In this document: positions 60,629 through 64,000 of the stretch, one piece after another
How positions within the stretch are numbered: position 1 is the stretch's first letter
Layout of the letters: each line of letters opens with the position of its first letter
Origin: Ostreococcus lucimarinus
Lineage: Eukaryota
Direction: 5' to 3' (one strand)
Length of the DNA: 64,000 nucleotides
Assembly (NCBI GenBank): GCA_000092065.1
Contig: CP000595.1
Made by a program: the position numbers and the translations under genes
Notes under the pieces: generated by a model
The model's database searches: none
What the model saw: only the letters and a program-made list of their open reading frames with translations
What the model was told of the DNA's origin: nothing

Positions 60629-62590
60629 ATGGCGCGCGGCGCGGCGACGACGCGCGGCGTCGCATCCGACGCGGCGACGACGACGGGACGCGCGCGACGC
60701 GCGCGAATGGCGCGGCGCGGCGTCGCGCGCGCGACGCGAGGACGCGCGGCGATGACGACGACGGAGGACGAGGACGCGCGCGCGGCGCGGTTGGAGGCGC
60801 TCAGGGCGAAGTCGGTGGAGCTGCTGGAGAAGCGGCGCGCGCTGACGGAGAGGTTGGAACGGCGACGCGCGGCGCGGGAAGAGAAGAGCGCGTACGGGGG
60901 GGGGGGGAAGCCGGCGTTCGAGGACGCGTCGGCGTTCGTGGAGCGCGCGGGAAGCGGGGGGGGTGGGACGGCGTCGGAGGCGGCGGTCGCGGAGGCGGCG
61001 GTCGCGGAGGCGGCGGTCGCGGAGGCGGCGGCGGTCGCGGCGGCGGCGGCGGAAGCGGAGGCGGAACGTGAAGCGCCGGCGGCGCCGAAATGTCGAGAGC
61101 GGCTGAACATCATCATGGTCGCGAGCGAGTGCGCGCCGTTTAGTAAGACTGGCGGTCTTGGTGACGTCATGCAGTCGCTTCCGAAGGCGCTCGCCGGGCG
61201 AGGCCATCGCGTGATGGTCGTCGCGCCGAGGTATAAAGAGTACGAAGAAGTGTACGACACCGACGTTCGGTTGACGTTAAACATTCTCGGGAGTCAAGTG
61301 GAGGTTGGGTACTTTCACTCGTACCGCGATGGGGTGGATTTTGTGTTCGTCGATCACGGCGCCTATCACTTTGTGCGCGACAACATTTACGCGGGCGAAC
61401 GCTCGGACGCGATGTTTCGCAACGCGATGCTGTGTCAAGCCGCTTTAGAGGCGGTGTGGCACGTGCCGTGCGGAGGTGTGCCGTATGGAGATGAAAATTT
61501 AATATTCGTCGCCAACGATTGGCACGCGGCGTTGCTTCCGGTGTACTTGCAGGCGTACTATCGCGATCACGGCAAGTTTGAGTTCGCGCGCTCGTGCTTC
61601 GTTATTCACAACATGGCGCACCAGGGTCGCGGACCTTTAGTCGAATTCAACAACTTGCAGCTTCCAGATCATTACAAGCACCACTTCTTGCTCGACGATC
61701 CGATGGGCGGTGAATGCATGAACATCATGCAAGCCGGATTGCGTCTCGCCACCAAAGTCATCGCCGTGAGCGAAGGGTACGCGTGGGAGATCACGACGGA
61801 CATGGGCGGCTGGGGGCTCGCGCCGACGATTCGCGAATTCGGCGAGCACAAGCTCAGTGGCATCGTCAACGGCATCGACTTGAACGAGTGGTCGCCCGAC
61901 ATTGATCATCATTTGGACGGCGACGGATACGCGAGATACGAGCCGCGCGCCGGCGCGTTTGAGGACGGCAAGCGCGCGTGCAAACTCGCGCTTCAGCGCC
62001 AACTCGGGTTGGCCGAACGCGAAGACGTGCCTATTTTAGCATTCATCGGGCGTCTCGATGACCAGAAAGGCGTAGACTTGATCGCCGAAGCTGAAGGATG
62101 GTTGATGAGCCAAGACGTGCAACTCATCATGTTGGGCAGCGGGCGGGGCGATTTGGAAGACGCTCTGCGGGGGATGGAGAGCCGACATCACGACAAATGT
62201 CGCGCCTGGGTTGGGTTTTCGGTGCAAATGGCGCATCGAATCACCGCCGGGGCGGACATTCTGTTGATGCCCTCCCGATTCGAGCCGTGCGGATTGAACC
62301 AACTGTACGCGATGCGGTACGGCACCGTGCCCGTCGTCCACGCCGTCGGCGGCTTACGAGACACGGTGAAGCAATACGACCCGTTCAATGACACCGGTAA
62401 CGGTTGGACTTTTGATAGCGCGGAAACGAACAAGCTCATCGACGCCATGGGCCACGCGATTACAACCTATCGCGATCACCGGGACGCGTTTCGCCGTATT
62501 CAAGCGCGCGGTTTCGAGCGCGATTTGGGTTGGGATCGCGCCGCCGAGCTCTACGAAGACCGTTTCATCGACGCCAAGTACTCGTGGTGA
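60629..62590 (+). CDS. starch synthase (GT5, ADP-glucose type) with coiled-coil N-terminal extension
   Basis: The KTGGLGDV motif in [31 protein letters not shown], the GT1 C-domain [34 protein letters not shown] and an N-terminal (AAVAE)n coiled-coil are present. Start is taken at MARGAATT. Confidence 0.9.
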   Translation: MARGAATTRGVASDAATTTGRARRARMARRGVARATRGRAAMTTTEDEDARAARLEALRAKSVELLEKRRALTERLERRRAAREEKSAYGGGGKPAFEDASAFVERAGSGGGGTASEAAVAEAAVAEAAVAEAAAVAAAAAEAEAEREAPAAPKCRERLNIIMVASECAPFSKTGGLGDVMQSLPKALAGRGHRVMVVAPRYKEYEEVYDTDVRLTLNILGSQVEVGYFHSYRDGVDFVFVDHGAYHFVRDNIYAGERSDAMFRNAMLCQAALEAVWHVPCGGVPYGDENLIFVANDWHAALLPVYLQAYYRDHGKFEFARSCFVIHNMAHQGRGPLVEFNNLQLPDHYKHHFLLDDPMGGECMNIMQAGLRLATKVIAVSEGYAWEITTDMGGWGLAPTIREFGEHKLSGIVNGIDLNEWSPDIDHHLDGDGYARYEPRAGAFEDGKRACKLALQRQLGLAEREDVPILAFIGRLDDQKGVDLIAEAEGWLMSQDVQLIMLGSGRGDLEDALRGMESRHHDKCRAWVGFSVQMAHRITAGADILLMPSRFEPCGLNQLYAMRYGTVPVVHAVGGLRDTVKQYDPFNDTGNGWTFDSAETNKLIDAMGHAITTYRDHRDAFRRIQARGFERDLGWDRAAELYEDRFIDAKYSW

Positions 62591-62772
62591 TCACGTCGTC
62601 TCGTTTTACCCTTGTAACGCACGCGACAGCGTTTCTAGCCACGCGTCTCGTTCCGTCGCCCGACGTTCGCGTCTCGCTCGCCTCCGCGCGGCGTCAACCC
62701 TCCGCGCGGCGCGTGCCACTCCCCGCACACGCCCGCGCGTCCGTCGTCGCACCGCGCGCGCGGTTCGGCGAC

Positions 62773-64000
62773 ATGGAAGACCTTCGCGCCGCACTCGCTG
62801 GGTCAGTGAGCGCCGATGAGGGCACGCGCGTCGCCGCCGACGCGTTTTTAAAATCCGCCGCCGCCCGCAGCGGCGCCGCGCTCGGCCTTCTCGGCCTCGC
62901 GAGCGACGCCGCGACGGAGATGGGCACGCGGCAGAGCGCGAGCATTTACTTCAAGCATCTCGTCAATAAGTCGTGGACGCAGCGCGAAGGCGCGACGGCG
63001 ACGACGGAGACGAATCCGATCTTGGACGAGGGCGACAAAGCGGCGGTTCGACGCGTCGCGCTGGAGGCGATCGCGAACACGCCGAGCAAGGTGCGAAGTC
63101 AGCTCGTGGAGGCGGTGCGAGTGATCGTTCATCATGATTTCCCCGGGCGTTGGCCGGAGGTGGCGAATCAGGTGCTGGATGGGTTGAACGCCGCGTCGTC
63201 GAGCGAGAGCGGAAAGCTGTGCGGGACGGTGTTGGTGTTGCACGCGCTGTGTCGAAAGTATGAGTTCAAGGCGGTGGATGAGCGAGCAGACATCGAAGAG
63301 ATGATACGCGTGGTGTTTCCAAAGTTGCTGGAGATTTTGAAGGCGTTGCTTGCGTATCAAGGCCCGCCGGACACGGAATTGGAGGAGTTGAAGAAGGCGA
63401 TTTGCAAGACGTACTTGAGCGCAACGTATCTTAACGTCGGACCGTCTTTGCGCGAGGAAGGGACGTTTCGGGAATGGATGGCGGCGTTTCACGCGATCAT
63501 CACCGCGCCAGTGCCGACAGAGAATATGCCGACGGACGATAAGACTGAGTTGAAACATTGGCCGTGGTGGAAGACGAAGAAGTGGGCGATGCACGTCGTC
63601 AATCGGATGTTCAATAGATACGGCAACTTGAAAAAGTGCCAACCTCACGACAAGGCTCAAGCGACGGTGTATCGTGACAAATACGCTGGACACTTTGTGA
63701 CAGTATACATCCAATTACTGAGCTCCCTCGCCACGGGTGCGGTGATGCCCGACCGAGTCGTCAATCTCGCCGTGCACCATCTCTCCACGGCGTTGGGGGT
63801 TCCGACGATGTACAAGCACATGGAGCCGCACCTCGATGCAATCTTCCAGCAAATCGTATTTCCAATGCTATGTTTCAGCGCTGAGGACGACGAGCTGTGG
63901 AAGGATGATCCCCAAGAGTACGTTCGAAAATCACAAGATCTCATAGAAGACATGTATTCGCCACGAACCGCGGCGTGCAGTTACACACAAGAATTGGTGA
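62773..64000 (+). CDS. importin-beta family (importin-7/8-like) protein, N-terminal part; continues past the right window edge
   Basis: An ATG at 62773 and an open frame to the window end (not in the ORF track because it has no stop). The importin N-terminal signature ASIYFKHLVNKSW and HEAT-like repeats follow. Confidence 0.7.
   Translation, partial: MEDLRAALAGSVSADEGTRVAADAFLKSAAARSGAALGLLGLASDAATEMGTRQSASIYFKHLVNKSWTQREGATATTETNPILDEGDKAAVRRVALEAIANTPSKVRSQLVEAVRVIVHHDFPGRWPEVANQVLDGLNAASSSESGKLCGTVLVLHALCRKYEFKAVDERADIEEMIRVVFPKLLEILKALLAYQGPPDTELEELKKAICKTYLSATYLNVGPSLREEGTFREWMAAFHAIITAPVPTENMPTDDKTELKHWPWWKTKKWAMHVVNRMFNRYGNLKKCQPHDKAQATVYRDKYAGHFVTVYIQLLSSLATGAVMPDRVVNLAVHHLSTALGVPTMYKHMEPHLDAIFQQIVFPMLCFSAEDDELWKDDPQEYVRKSQDLIEDMYSPRTAACSYTQELV

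Overview
This window is GC-rich (roughly 65%), gene-dense eukaryotic nuclear DNA, not prokaryotic. Genes are compact (about one per 1.4 kb), introns are few and short with GTGCGT/GTGCGA donors and CTGAC branch points, and the encoded proteins are typical of a Mamiellophyceae-type green alga (Micromonas-like); the organism assignment is an inference. About 45 protein-coding genes are supported by conserved motifs read from the translations. They include the 5' part of an alpha-glucan water dikinase (runs off the left edge), two copies of a PYROXD1-like FAD oxidoreductase, an adrenodoxin-type ferredoxin, two ZIP metal transporters, a COG0523 zinc-metallochaperone GTPase, two paralogous small bZIP-like proteins, AP-2 mu, proteasome beta-2, SSU72, a DHHC palmitoyltransferase, a three-exon LHC-type chlorophyll a/b protein, a DEAD-box helicase, SF3A3, a cis-prenyltransferase, a TatD hydrolase, a starch synthase and an importin-beta-like gene (runs off the right edge). 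No rRNA or tRNA gene could be supported, and there is no CRISPR array. The GC-rich composition produces many long Arg/Ala-rich antisense ORFs in the six-frame track; I treat these as artefacts. The main finding is a putative zinc-homeostasis module. A ZIP transporter, a bZIP-like gene and a COG0523 gene lie together, a second ZIP plus bZIP-like pair lies 21 kb away, and every one of their promoters carries perfect copies of the plant zinc-deficiency response element RTGTCGACAY; six copies occur in the window and all are at these promoters. The first module sits exactly between two about 99.7% identical 2.5-kb direct repeats, a recent segmental duplication that also left a truncated ferredoxin fragment and a water-dikinase 5' fragment. 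Coordinates derived from ORF-track arithmetic should be exact; those read by eye may be off by 1-3 bases.
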